A stretch of DNA of 64,000 bases. It comes from Eledone cirrhosa (Eukaryota). The position numbers were made by a program, and so were the translations under genes. The first letter of the stretch is position 1. Each line of letters opens with the position of its first letter. The notes beneath the pieces are model-generated. The model did not search any database. It was given only the letters and a program-made list of their open reading frames with translations, and was not told the origin of the DNA. The stretch is taken from positions 175,522,001 through 175,586,000 of the forward strand of contig OZ024743.1 in assembly GCA_964016885.1 (NCBI GenBank). Reading direction: 5' to 3'. Below, piece by piece: positions 42,198 through 55,600 of this stretch.

Positions 42198-45100
42198 ACG
42201 ATAGCAACTAACAGCGCTGCGATCGAATGTGGCTTTTTAGCCCAGCCAATGATCTAAAATGTCTTGCACAGAGTCGGCAACCAAAACATTCACTGGGAAT
42301 AGTCGGCTGTGGTTGGTGTTCATGCACTTTTGCATGTCGCTTGAGCCCTCCTGCTGATTTACATTCTCTACCACATGTTTGGCAAGCATGATGAGTAGCA
42401 TCTCCAACAGTAGCCTGGTAGTCAATCACTGGTCTTACTTTATGACTGCGAAGATGACTTTCGAGTCCAGCTTTGCTTAGGCAGAGTCTCGCACAGACGC
42501 TGCATGTCAGCACCATAGGAGGACCCTCGCCGTCTGGAAGTGCAACAGCAATGCCCTTCCTCACGTCCCGCTTTACTTTCTCGTATGCGATTCGAGATGC
42601 CTCAAAGGCAACTTTTCCCTCATATACAGTCTTTCTCCATTTATTACGACCAGCAGCAATATTTTCCCATGTATCAGCAGAGATGTTAGCGTCTTTCAGA
42701 GAGGCTTTCAAGGAATCCTTATACCTCTTTTTTGGTTTATGTGGCGGTCGTTTTCCTTTAATTAACTCTCCATAAAAGAGTTGTTTTGGTATTCTAGAAT
42801 CCTTCATCCTGGCAAGGTGACCACTCCAACGGAGTCGTTGCTTAAACACAAGAGCTTCTATACTGTCACACATAGAGCTTTCCAAAATCTCGACATCACT
42901 GATGTGGTCCCTCCAGTGAACGCCATGGATCCGTCTGAGACACATCTGATGGAAACGCTCCAATTGCTTAAGGTGGTGTCGATAGGTGACCCAGGTCTCG
43001 CAGGCATAAAGAAGACAAGAGAGTACACATGCCCTGTACACCTTTACCTTTGTCCTCCTGCATATGTCTCGCCGACCCCAGAGTCGCCTTTCTATCTTTC
43101 CGAAAGCATCACTTGCTTTCCTAATCCTAAGTGAGATTTCACTATCAAGGTTGCTGTATCGATTGACAGTGCTTCCCAGGTAGACAAACTGATCAACCAC
43201 TCCAAGTCGTTTGCTATACACATAGATGTTTGGTTCAGTGTACTGCTTACCAGGGGCAGGTTGGTACATGACGACAGTTTTCTTGAGACTGACAGTCAAT
43301 CCTAGGGCAGTGCAAGCGTCAGAAAATGCACTCAAAATGTGCTGCATATCACTCTTGTGTGCACTACAAGATCGCAATCATCTGCATACAAGAGGTCTCT
43401 TATGATTGATGTAAATACTTTTGTCTTCGCAGCAAAGCGCCTAATGTTAAATATGCTGCCTGAGGTTCGATATCGGATGTAAACACCATGCTCGCAATTC
43501 CTGAATGCAATACAGAAAACCATTGCAAAGTATATGGCAAACACGGTCGGTGCAGGAATATCCCCCTGTTTCACTCCATTTTTTACTGATATAGGCTCCG
43601 ACATGTTACCTCCGACATTAACCCAAGCCTTCATGTCGTCATGGAAAGACCTAACTAAAGCAAGGAACTTATCAGGGCAACCAAGTTTCTGGAGAACCTT
43701 CCATAATGCATCTCTGTTAACAGTATCAAAAGCTTTTGTCAGAGCGACAAAAACCTGATTCGTATCCAAGCCTTGTTCCATGCACTTCTCCTGGAGATGT
43801 CTAGCTGAGAAGATCATATCAGTAGTGCCGCGTCCAGCACGAAAACCAGATTGACTTTCAGGAAGAATACAATCTGCAATGTGTGTCAGCAGACGGTCTA
43901 GAAGCACCCTACATAAAACTTTCCCTACGACAGAAAGCAATGATATACCTCTGTAGTTCCCACAATCATTCCTGTTACCCTTTCCCTTGTACAAGACCAC
44001 CATTACTGCATCTCTCCAGTCCTCAGGTACGGATTCATTAGCCCATATCCTGCCAAACAAAGAGTGAAGATGTTGCAGGAGTCTCTCAACACCATATTGT
44101 AGGAGCTCAGCATGTATGCCATCCATACCTGGAGATCTTCCACTGTTCAGCTTCGAAATAGCAACTGCAACCTCCACAAGCGTCGGAGATTCTGCGAGAG
44201 CTACTTTCACAGGACTTTCTGGAATGAGATTGAGGAAATCTTCATTGATGACAGACGGCTGATTCAAAAGTTCATGAAAGTGCTCTCGCCACCTTCGTAG
44301 AATTCCTTATGAGTCACGAAGAAGTTCTTTGCCATTCTTGCTGCGAAGCGGTGTCACCAAAGAAGAAGACGGTCAATAAACCTCACGCAAGAGACTGTAC
44401 AGCAGCTTTGTGTTATTGGAATCTGACGCAGTTTGTATCTCACCAGCCTTCTCACTCCACAGTGATCCTTCATCTGAGAAAGACTCCGCCTAACACGTGA
44501 TTTTACATCCCTGAGTTCCTCATGCAACGTATTCCTCTCCTGTGGTTTTGCCTCTTATCAGCCAACAAGTCTTCTATATGTACATCATTCTCATTAAACC
44601 AGTCCTAATGTTTTCTCTGCACCAATCCCAGAACACGCCTGCCTACATCATAAACCGACTTTTTAAGGGTCGGCCAATCCTCACCAAGATCTGCAGCCTG
44701 CATCTCTTCTTCCAATGTCCTCTTCACATTTTTATCCTTAAGACGAGCAGTATTCAATCTTTTGGGCAGGACAACACCAGGAGCCCGGATTTTACGTTTA
44801 GTGATTAGTTTCACTTTTGCGCGTACCAGGCGGTGGTCCGTCCAGCACTCAGCTCCACGAAGAGCACGAACACACTGCACATCCTGTCTGTCACGCATCC
44901 TGACTAGGATGCAGTCCAAAAGATGCCATTCCTTAGATGCAGGATGCATCCATGTGGTCTTGAATTTGTTCTTTTGTTGGAACATGGTGTTGGTAACACA
45001 CAGATCCAGCTCCTCACACATCTGCAGCAGGAGCATACCATTGTTGTTACACTTTCCCACCCCATGTCTTCCGATTTCATTCCATGTGTTAAAATCCCTA

Positions 45101-45735
45101 CCCACTCTAGCATTAAAGTCACCAAGCACGGTGACTTTGTCTGCGTGAGGGATATTTCTTAAAACACCTTTCAAGGCATGGTAAAAGGACACTTTTTCTT
45201 CATCGACAGAATTCATAGTTGGAGCATACACACTCACCAGGGTAGCATATCTTCCTTTGTCCAGCGGAACTCTCATGGACATAAGACGCTCACTAATCCC
45301 TACTGGGAATTCTAATTTATTCACAAGTACAGTCTTAACAGCAAATCCTACCCCAGCCTCTCTTCTGGTTCCTTCATCTCTTCCTTTCCAGAAGAATGTA
45401 TATTCTCCACAAAATTCTGTAAGATGACCATCTCCAGCTAACCTCGTCTCTCAGATAAAGTCACGATGTCAAGATAGTATCGTCGAAGCTCCTTTGCAAC
45501 AAGAGCGGTCCTTTGTTCAGGGCGCTCCAAGGAATCCCTGTCAAACAGTGTCCGTACGTTCCAGCAGCCAAGACTAAATGCCTTGTTTGGCTCTATTACA
45601 ATGGCACGATGACGAGCGGGCCCAGGCTGTGATAACCTGGGGCCCCTGCCCTTATTGCCAATTATCTTTTTTGTTCCAGAACCTAAATTGCTAATTATCT
45701 CTTTTATATTGTTCTGGAACATCATTGAATTGGAA
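42198..45735 (-). mobile_element. RTE-clade LINE, near full length, frameshifted
   Basis: APE (LGCWNVRTL, SVYAPT, LGDFNARVG, WTDH), RT (NYRGISLL, KAFDTV, GVKQG, LYADD), RLRWSGH, three C2H2-type fingers, (GT)n tail. Confidence 0.93.
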
Positions 45736-45819
45736 AAAAAAAAAAAATAATAATTATAATAATAGTAATAATAATAATAATAATAATAGTACACTATTAA
45801 TAATTATTAATGCACTCGT

Positions 45820-46095
45820 ACAATGCCTGTGCGTGACGAATATTTTTAAAGTGAGGAAAGACTGTGCACTGAGCCAATCCCACTCTCTGAGCGACAGTAG
45901 CTATAACCCGAAAAGAAGAAAAGATCAACATCATCGGTAACTACTGAGCCGCAGGATTTATGTCGGAGTTAACCCAGTTTCCTGAGATGCCTTCTCCTAG
46001 AAGAATGCCCTGACAAGGGCTAGGGGTTCTTCACTCGCAGTGGTTTAATTGCGCGATCGGGCATCCAGCCCTATTATTTCTATGTCCCCACGCGC
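45820..46095 (-). mobile_element. Second copy of the ~275-bp SINE-like repeat
   Basis: Aligns with 37012-37285; adjoins (TAA)n. Confidence 0.7.
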
Positions 46096-46374
46096 AAAAA
46101 AAAAAAAAAAAAAAAACTCACTTAATTGACACTTATACGTACGACATACACACACGCGCATACATATGCGCGCACACACACGCATACATACGCGCGCACA
46201 CAGCAACACTCATACATACAAACAAACACACACACGCTACTCACTTACACACACATATTACTGCCATTACTGATACAAGATTACAAGATTATGTCAACTG
46301 TTGACTTTCAAGAGTTTGTATAGTTGAAGCCGATCGTATTACAGTCCAGTATTATTATAATTGCTTTACAGCAT

Positions 46375-46515
46375 AGAGTTATGGCTCTCCGCGCTCTGAG
46401 CTTAAATCCTGCCGAGGTCAACCTTGCCTTTCATCCCCACGGAGTCAACAAAAGAGAGTACCAGTGATGCGCTGGGCCAGTCGCTGGATCCGTGCCAAAA
46501 GCAGAAAAATTATTA
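46375..46515 (+). mobile_element. Degenerate Nin-domain SINE
   Basis: ctgagcttaaatcctgccgaggtcaaccttgcctttcatcc..agtaccagt; similar fragments at ~37560-37685(+) and ~8290-8400(-). Confidence 0.6.
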
Positions 46516-47431
46516 AAGTTGTTCTCTTAAGGCCCGGTCGCTGGTGATGGTGATGGCGGCGGTGGTGGCGGTGGTGGTGGTGGCAGTTGATGTTGTTGTT
46601 GTTGTTGTGTGCATGTGTGTGTGTGTTTTGTTATTTTGAGTTTTTTTTGTTTTTTTTCTTATCTTTTGATGCCGCTGTTGTTGTTGTAAATGTTCATTTC
46701 AGTTCATTCTGAAGCTGTTGTTGCTGTAAACATTAGTGCCGGTGTTGTTGTAGATGTTCGGGTTGAAATCTGGTCGTTTGACTGAGTGATGTATCTACAC
46801 ACATATACATACATATATATAAATATATACACACATTCAACAGAGAGTAGAGAGTTTGACAACAGATCGATGACTTTAGTCTAGATAGGGTAATGACATG
46901 TGATGGTGGGGAGAGAGTGTAGACGTTATTGTGGTGGCGGGGGACAGTGAAATGTATCTAGTTCAATTGTCCGTTTTCTTCTCTTTGCAAAATTTGAATT
47001 TTAGCCATGTTATATTGAGATGTAAGTAAATGTAAAATGTAAAATATATATAAGGATTGCTCTGCTAAAATATACTAAAATATTTGTGTAACTTCCACAA
47101 ACTTCTGTCGTGACATTCCCGAGTCCAGTGACCAACAAATTGTTGTATTTTGATGTTTCAGAATACAAAAATTAATTAAAAACTTACCCCACGAAAAGAC
47201 AGCGTGTGTTGTCCTATCAATAAGCTCCCTCATATATATACATATATACCTACATACACATATAAATCTACATGTCTATGTACATACACATTTCTCTCTC
47301 TCTTCCCCTTCTCTCCACTTGTTGTTTATTGCATTGCACACGAAAGCGTACACACACACAATCACACACACATATATATATATATATGTGTGTATACATA
47401 TAAATATATATGTATACATATACAATACAAT

Positions 47432-48237
47432 ATGTAGAAAAGACAACACACCAGAGAGAGAGAGAGAGATAATGCGCTATCAGTCAAACAGGGAAAAACC
47501 ACCAGTGTATGGAATCTATAGCCCATGGGAGGCAAAGTAGACACACAATAATTAAAAGTATAAATCAAAGTGCAAATACGTACCTTGATAACTATCTAAC
47601 ACACACGTACAAATCCAACAGGATCTGTTTCACCAACTAATTTGTTGACAGAAATGATTAGCCTATGGTTCATCAGCGAGAGTCTATGGCTCCGTTAATT
47701 TATCGTAATATTTCGCTCCTTATAACAGCCTCTCCTCTCTCCCTGTTTGGTTGAGCACACTTCTCTGAGTGGTTTGGGCTGCCCTTTCTAGCAGCACGTC
47801 CCTCAGAGTCCACTGGTTACTACCATAGGCACGCTGTGAATTCTCTCTCTCACGTGTGGCTGGACGATGGCTCTGGATACCTTTAGTGTTGTCTGAAATG
47901 TATAGCCTTACACACGCTGATGAACCATAGGCTAATCATTTCTGTCAACAAATTAGTTGGTGAAACAGATCCTGTTGGATTTGTACGTGTGTGTTAGATA
48001 GTTATCGAGGTATGTTTTTACACTTTAATTTATACTTTTAATTATCGTGTGTCTACTCTGCCTTCCATGGGCTGTAGATTTCATACACTGGTGGTTTTTC
48101 CCTGTTTGACTGATAGCGCACTATCTCTCTCTCTCTGGTGTGTTGTCTTTTCTACAGGGCTCGGGATTCCTTCTCCCTTGAGCACATTGATGACAGGGAA
48201 TAGCGAGAGTCTATGGCTCCGTTAATTTATCGTAATA
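47432..48237 (+). mobile_element. ~526-bp retrozyme-like/non-autonomous PLE unit with terminal direct repeat and inverted 5' segment
   Basis: agcgagagtctatggctccgttaatttatcgtaatat at 47676 and 48202; 47432-47679 is the reverse complement of ~47915-48156. Confidence 0.85.
47909..47993 (+). ncRNA. Canonical type I hammerhead ribozyme
   Basis: tacacacg-CTGATGA-acc..ggctaat/attagtt..ggt-GAAA-cagatcc tgtt ggatttg-TA-cgtgtgtg; 8-bp stem I, full stem III, GUA triplet at 47983-47985. Confidence 0.88.
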
Positions 48238-48252
48238 TAAATATATATATAT

Positions 48253-48283
<31 letters not shown>

Positions 48284-48304
48284 CACATATATATATATAC
48301 AATG

Positions 48305-48700
48305 ATATTAAATAAATGGAAACTATATTTATAATACCATATTTATTAGATTATATATATTTCAAGGGTACCAAAAACTTTGGTACGCTTTCATCAGATA
48401 AAATAAAGATAATACAAAGTGTGTTTTATAAATTTTGACATAGCCAAGGAACATACCTTAACGGTTGAAGTTTTCCTTGGATAGTGGTGGACTTAGAGAC
48501 AGATTTTTCAAAATTGTTAAGATGAGTATGCAAATGAATATGTAAATGAGGTTGAGGTATATGTTAAAAAGAACGTTATTTTAGACGCTATGGAGAATTT
48601 AGATATGTGTTTGTATTAGTAGGAAAGAAAGAAAAGGAAGAAAAGGAAAGAAGAAGAGAAGACCTTAAAATTACGTTAATTTTGGGGAAAAAATTTGACT
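48305..48700 (-). mobile_element. Diverged pseudo-LTR related to the PLE at 2446-7322, with hammerhead core (~48345-48404)
   Basis: Aligns with ~2545-2780; minus strand reads CTGATGA aagcgtacc..ggtacccttGAAAtatatata; stem I weak. Confidence 0.7.
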
Positions 48701-49412
48701 ATTGACCTATATTATGTATATACTTATATGGAGAACTTTGTAAGTATTTATCTTCTTACAATTTTGTAGTAGGTTATATGTATAAATATATGTATATATT
48801 AATAATTGCATATGTATTAGTATGAAAGAGATATAGAAAATTTACAATTATTAGTTGTTTATAATAAGAGTTACGAGGGAGGTTGATTTTGTGTTTTATG
48901 TAAATCAATAGGTATTTCAAATTATGAGATGAGAACAATTTATAGATTTGAATATTTTGTTCAGCATTGAAAATGTTTTCATAATATTAATTAAGCGAGG
49001 TTACAGATATAGGAAGTTTACACGATTGAGAAAGGAAAGATAACTCCAATTTTGTTTGTTAATCGATAAATTCGAAGCGTGATTTAGGAAATTATATATT
49101 ATTTAGTGTGAGATTAATTATTTTAGTCGAAAGATGTGTGAATGTATGAAAATCCAAAAAGAGGAGAGACGTAATGATGTGCTTATCTAAGAAACTGTCG
49201 TGAAGAGGATACATTTTTCTAATGTCAGTTAATGATTATCAATCTTCATCTAAAAAAATATATCTTTACAGGGTGTCATTATAAAAATAATAATGTAAGA
49301 ATTAAAAATAAAAAAATAAAAATAAAAAAAAATTGTATACATAAACATATATATTTAGAAATATATATATATTTCTATATATATGTATATATATATATAT
49401 ATATATATGTGT

Positions 49413-49636
49413 GTAGTTATAGATATATACATGTTGCAACTGGTCACTTTTAAGCTCTATGAAGAATTAATAAATTAAAAGAATCAGAGCAATATATCAT
49501 AAATCATGTCTTTAGAATCATCAGATAAAATAAATACTATTTCGTCTTCTAATTAGCATAATTAACCATATAAAAAATCAATTAGATCAAGCTATAAGAA
49601 GAAAGGCTCTTATGGAGAAATCTCCGACAAATAACC
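49413..49636 (-). repeat. Inverted partial unit at the edge of the satellite array
   Basis: Reverse complement of unit segment ggttatttgtcggag..gttgcaacatgtatatatctataact. Confidence 0.9.
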
Positions 49637-52600
49637 TATTATTTGGATGTCTAAAAATAAGGAAGAAACCATGGTAGAGATATAATTACGGTGTGTACGC
49701 ATTTCTTCTAAGTTTAATTTTACACCTAATTGTGTATGGTTGATGATATATTTAGTCAATTTCTACATGCTGTCAAAATGTTGGATAAATTCTCGATTGG
49801 GGCCACCGCGAAGAGGCTACGTTCAGTTATTTGTCGGAGATTTCTCCATAAGAGCCTTTCTTCTTATAGCTTGATCTAAATGATTTTTTTATATGGTGAA
49901 TTATGCTAATTAGAAGAAGAAATAGTATATATTTTATCTGATGATTCTAAAGACATGATTTATGATATAGTGCTCTGATTTTTTAATTTATTAATTCTTC
50001 ATAGAGCTTAAAAGTGACCAGTTGCAACATGTATATATCTGTAACTTTATGTATATGTTAACCTTTATATTTAATAAGCTCCCGATAGGTTGAGATTAAA
50101 TTTGGCGATATTTGGCTGCACTTTCTAGCAGCAAGCCTACCCGCCGTAAGCAACCAATAACATTCTTTCTGGCTTGACCACAGCCACATAGCGATTCTTA
50201 GCCATTTCTGAATCTATTGTCGGCGGGATCGGATTGAAAAACTAGATGTCTGATTTTGAGTTTGTCTCCTGATGAATCCTAACTCAGGACATTCCTATTA
50301 TTTGGATGTATAAAAATAAGGATGAAACGATGGTAGAGATATAATTACGGTATGTACGCATTTCTTCTAAGTATAATTTTACACCTAATTGTGTATGGTT
50401 GATAATATATTTAGTCAATTTCTACATGCTGTCGAAATGTTGGATACTTACTCGATTGGGGCTACCGCGAAGAGACTACGTTCGGTTATTTGTCGGAGAT
50501 TTCTCCATAAGAGCCTTTCTTCTTATAGCTTGATCTAATTGATTTTTTATATGGTTAATTATGCTAATTAGAAGGAGAAATATTATATACTTTATCTGAT
50601 GATTCTAAAGACATGAGTTATGATATATTGCTCTCATTTTTTAATTTATTAATTCTTGATAGAGCTTAAAAGTGACCAGTTGCAACCTGTATATATCTAT
50701 AACTTTATGTATATGTTAAGTTTATATTTAATAAACTCCCGATAGGTTGAGATAAAATTTGGCGATATTTGGCTGCGCTTTCTAGCAGCAAGCCTACCCG
50801 CCGTAAGCAACCAATCACATTCTTTGTGGCTTGACCACAGCCACATAGCGATTCTTAGCCATTTTTGAATCTATTTTCGGCGGGATCGGATTGAAAATCT
50901 AGATGTCTGATTTTGAGTTTGTCTCCTGATGAATCCTAACACAGGACATTCCTATTATTTGGATGTATAAAAATAAGGATGAAACCATGGTAGAGATATA
51001 ATTACGGTATGTACGCATTTCTTCTAAGTTTAATTTCACACACACCTAATTGTGTATGGTTGATAATATATTTAGTCAATTTCTACATGCTGTCGAAATG
51101 TTGGATAAATTCTCGATTGGGGCCACCGCGAAGAGGCTACGTTCGGTTATTTGTCGGAGAATTCTCCATAAGAGCCTTTCTTCTTATAGCTTGATCTAAT
51201 TGATTTTTTATATGGTTAATAATGCTAATTAGAAGAAGAAATGGTATATATTTTATCTGATGATTCTAAAGACATGATTTATGATATATTGCTCTGATTT
51301 TTTAATTTATTAATTCTTCATAGAGCTTAAAAGTGACCAGTTGCAACATGTGTATATCTATAACTTTATGTATATGTTAACATTTATATTTAATAATCTC
51401 CCGATGCGTTGAGATTAAATTTGGCTGCGCTTTCTAGCAGCAAGCCTACCCTCCGTAAGCAACCAATCACATTCTTTCTGACTTGACCACAGCCACGTAG
51501 CGATTCTTAGCCATTTTTGAATCTATTTTCGGCGGGATCGGATTGAAAAACTAGATGTCTGATTTTGAATTTGTCTCCTGATGAATCCTAACTCAGGACA
51601 TTCCTATTATTTGGATGTCTGAAAATATGGATGAAACCATGGTAGAGATATAATTACGGTATGTACGCATTTCTTCTAAGTTTAATTTTACACCTAATTG
51701 TGTATGGTTGATGATATATTTAGTAAATTTCTACATGCTGTCGAAATGTTGGATAACTTCTCGATTGGGGCCACCGCGAAGAGGCTACGTTCGGTTATTT
51801 ATCGGAGATTTCTCCATAAGAGCCTTTCTTCTTATAGCTTGATCTAAATGATTTTTTTATATGGTTAATTATGCTAATTAGAAGAAGAAATAGTATATAT
51901 TTTATCTGATGATTCTAAAGACATGATTTATGATATATTGCTCTGATTTTTTAATTTATTATTTCTTCATAGAGCTTAAAAGTGACCAGTTGCAACATGT
52001 ATATATCTATAACTTTATGTATATGTTAACCTTTATATTTAATAATCTCCCGATAGGTTGAGATTATGTTTGGCGATATTTGGCTGCGCTTTCTAGCAGC
52101 AAACCTACCCGCCGTAAGCAACCAATCACATTCTTTCTGGCTTGACCACAGCCACATAGCGATTCTTAGCCATTTTTGAATTTATTTTCGGCGGGATCGG
52201 ATTGAAAAACTAGATGTCTGATTTTGAGTTTGTCTCCTGATGAATCCTAACTCAGGACATTCCTATTATTTGGATGTCTAAAAATAAGGAGGAAACCATG
52301 GTAGAGATATAATTACGGTATGTACGCCTTTCTTCTAAGTTTAATTTTACACCTAATTGTGTATGGTTGATAATATATTTAGTCAATTTCTACATGCTGT
52401 CGAAATGTTGGATAAATTCTCGATTGGGGACACCGCGAAGAGGCAACGTTCGGTTATTTGTCGGAGATTTCTCCATAAGAGCCTTTCTTCTTATAGCTTG
52501 ATCTAAATGATTTTTTTATATGGTTAATTATGATAATTAGAAGAAGAAATAGTATATATTTTATCTGATGATTCTAAAGACAGGATTTATGATATAGTGC

Positions 52601-55600
52601 TCTGATTTTTTAATTTATTATTTCTCCATAGAGCCTAAAAGTGACCAGTTGCAACATGTATATATCTATAACTTTAGGTATATGTTAACATTTATATTTA
52701 ATAATCTCCCCATAGGTTGAGATTAAGTATGGCGATATTTGGCTGCGCTTTATAGCAGCAAGCCTACCCGCCGTATGCAATCAATCACATTCTTTCTGAC
52801 TTGACCACAGCCACGCAGCGATTCCTAGCCATTTTTGAATCTATTTTCGGCGGTAGCGGATTGAAAAACTAGATGTGTGATTTTGAGTTTGTCTCCTGAT
52901 GAATCCTAACTCAGGACATTCCTATTATTTGGATGTTTAAAAATAAGGATGAAACCATGGTAGAAATATAATTACGGTATATACGCATCTCTTCTAAGTT
53001 TAATTTTACACCTAATTGTGTATGGTTGATGATATATTTAGTCAATTTCTACATGCTGTCGAAATTTTGGATATATTCTCGATTGGGGCCACCGCGAAGA
53101 GGCTACGTTCGGTTATTTGTCGGAGATTTCTCCATAAGAGCCTTTCTTCTTATAGCTTGATGTAAATGATTTTTTTAAATGGTGAATTATGCTAATTAGA
53201 AGAAGAAATAGTATATATTTTATCTGATGATTCTAAAGACATGATTTATGATATAGTGCTCTGATTTTTTAATTTATTAATTCTTCATAGAGCTTAAAAG
53301 TGACCAGTTGCAACATGTATATATCTATAACTTTATGTATATGTTAACCTTTATATTTAATAATCTCCCGATAGGTTGAGATTAAATTTGGCGATATTTG
53401 GCTGCACTTTCTAGCAGCAAGCCTACCCGCCGTAAGCAACCAATAACATTCTTTCTGGCTTGAGCACAGCCACATAGCGATTCTTAGCCATTTCTGAATC
53501 TATTGTCGGCGCGATCGGATTGAAAAACTAGATGTCTGATTTTGAGTTTGTTTCCTGATGAATCCTAACTCAGGACATTCCTATTATTTGGATGTATAAA
53601 AATAAGGATGAAACGATGGTAGAGATATAATTACGGTATGTACGCATTTCTTCTAAGTATAATTTTACACCTAATTGTGTATGGTTGATAATATATTTAG
53701 TCAATTTCTACATGCTGACGAAATGTTGGATACTTTCTCGATTGGGGCTACCGCGAAGAGACTACGTTCGGTTATTTGTCGGAGATTTCTCCATAAGAGC
53801 CTTTCTTCTTATAGCTTGATCTAATTGATTTTTTATATGGTTAATTATGCTAATTAGAAGGAGAAATATTATATACTTTATCTGATGATTCTAAAGACAT
53901 GATTTATGATATATTGCTCTGATTTTTTAATTTATTAATTCTTGATAGAGCTTAAAAGTGACCAGTTGCAACCTGTATATATCTATAACTTTATGTATAT
54001 GTTAACTTTATATTTAATAAACTCCCGATAGGTTGAGATAAAATTTGGCGATATTTGGCTGCGCTTTCTAGCAGCAAGCCTACCCGCCGTAAGCAACCAA
54101 TCACATTCTTTCTGGCTTGACCACAGCCACATAGCGATTCTTAGCCATTTTTGAATCTATTTTTGGCGGGATCGGATTGAAAAACTAGATGTCTCTTTTT
54201 TGAGTTTGTCTCCTGATGAATCCTAACACAGGACATTCCTACTATTTGGATGTCAAAAAATAAGGATGTAACCATGGTATAGATATAATTACGGTATGTA
54301 CGCATTTCTTCTAAGTTTAATTTTACACCTAATTGTGTATGGTTGATGATATATTTAGTCCATTTCTATGCTGTCGAAATGTTGAATAATTTCTCTATTG
54401 GGGCCAACGCGAAGAGGCTACGTTCGGTTATTTGTCGGAGATTTCTCCATAAGAGCCTTTCTTCTTATAGCTTGATCTAATTGATTTTTTATATGGTTAA
54501 TTATGCTAATTAGAAGAAGAAATAATATATATTTTATCTGATGATTCTAATGACATGATTTATGATATATTGCTCTGATTTTGTAATTTATTAATTCTTC
54601 ATGGAGCTTAAAAGTGACCAGTTGCAACATGTGTATATCTATAACTTTATGTATATGTTAACCTTTATATTTAATAATCACCCGATAGGTTGAGATTGAA
54701 TTTGGCGATAATTGGCTGCGCTTTCTAGCAGCAAGCCTACCCGCCGTAAGCAACCAATCACATTCTTTCTGGCTTGACCACAGCCACATAGCGATTCTTA
54801 GCCATTTTTGAATCTATTTTCGGCGGGATCGGATTGAAAATCTAGATGTTTGATTTTGAGTTTGTCTCCTGATGAATCCTAACACAGGACATTCCTATTA
54901 TTTGGATGTCTAAAAATAAGGATGAAACCATGGTAGAGATATAATTACGGTATGTACGCATTTCTTCTAAGTTTAATTTCACACATAATTGTGTATGGTT
55001 AATGGTATATTTAGTCAATTTCTACATGCTGTCGAAATGTTGGATAAATTCTCGATTGGGGCCACCGCGAAGAGGCTACGTTCGGTTATTTGTCGGAGAA
55101 TTCTCCATAAGAGCCTTTCTTCTTATAGCTTGATCTAATTGATTTTTTATATGGTTAATTATGCTAATTAGAAGAAGAAATAGTATATATTTTATCTGAT
55201 GATTCTAAAGACATGATTTATGATATATTGCTCTGATTTTTTAATTTATTAATTCTTCATAGAGCTTAAAAGTGACCAGTTGCAACATGTGTATATCTAT
55301 AACTTTATGTATATGTTAACCTTTATATTTAATAATCTCCCGATGCGTTGAGATTAAATTTGGCTGCGCTTTCTAGCAGCAAGCCTACCCTCCGTAAGCA
55401 ACCAATCACATTCTTTCTGACTTGACCACAGCCACGTAGCGATTCTTAGCCATGTTTGAATCTATTTTCGGCGGGATCGGATTGAAAAACTAGATGTCTG
55501 ATTTTGAGTTTGTCTCCTGATGAATCCTAACACAGGACATTCCTATTATTTGGATGTCTAAAAATAAGGATGAAACCATGGTAGAGATATAATTACGGTA

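Noticed and set aside
45820-46095. HDV-like ribozyme in the SINE-like repeat upstream of the RTE
   Set aside because: Could not build the nested double pseudoknot by eye; needs a descriptor search.
49935-49960. Second CTGATGA in each satellite unit
   Set aside because: No matching GAAA/stem II/stem III arrangement downstream.
51009-51194. 61-aa ORF in one satellite unit
   Set aside because: Opened by a 4-bp insertion in that copy only; not conserved across units.
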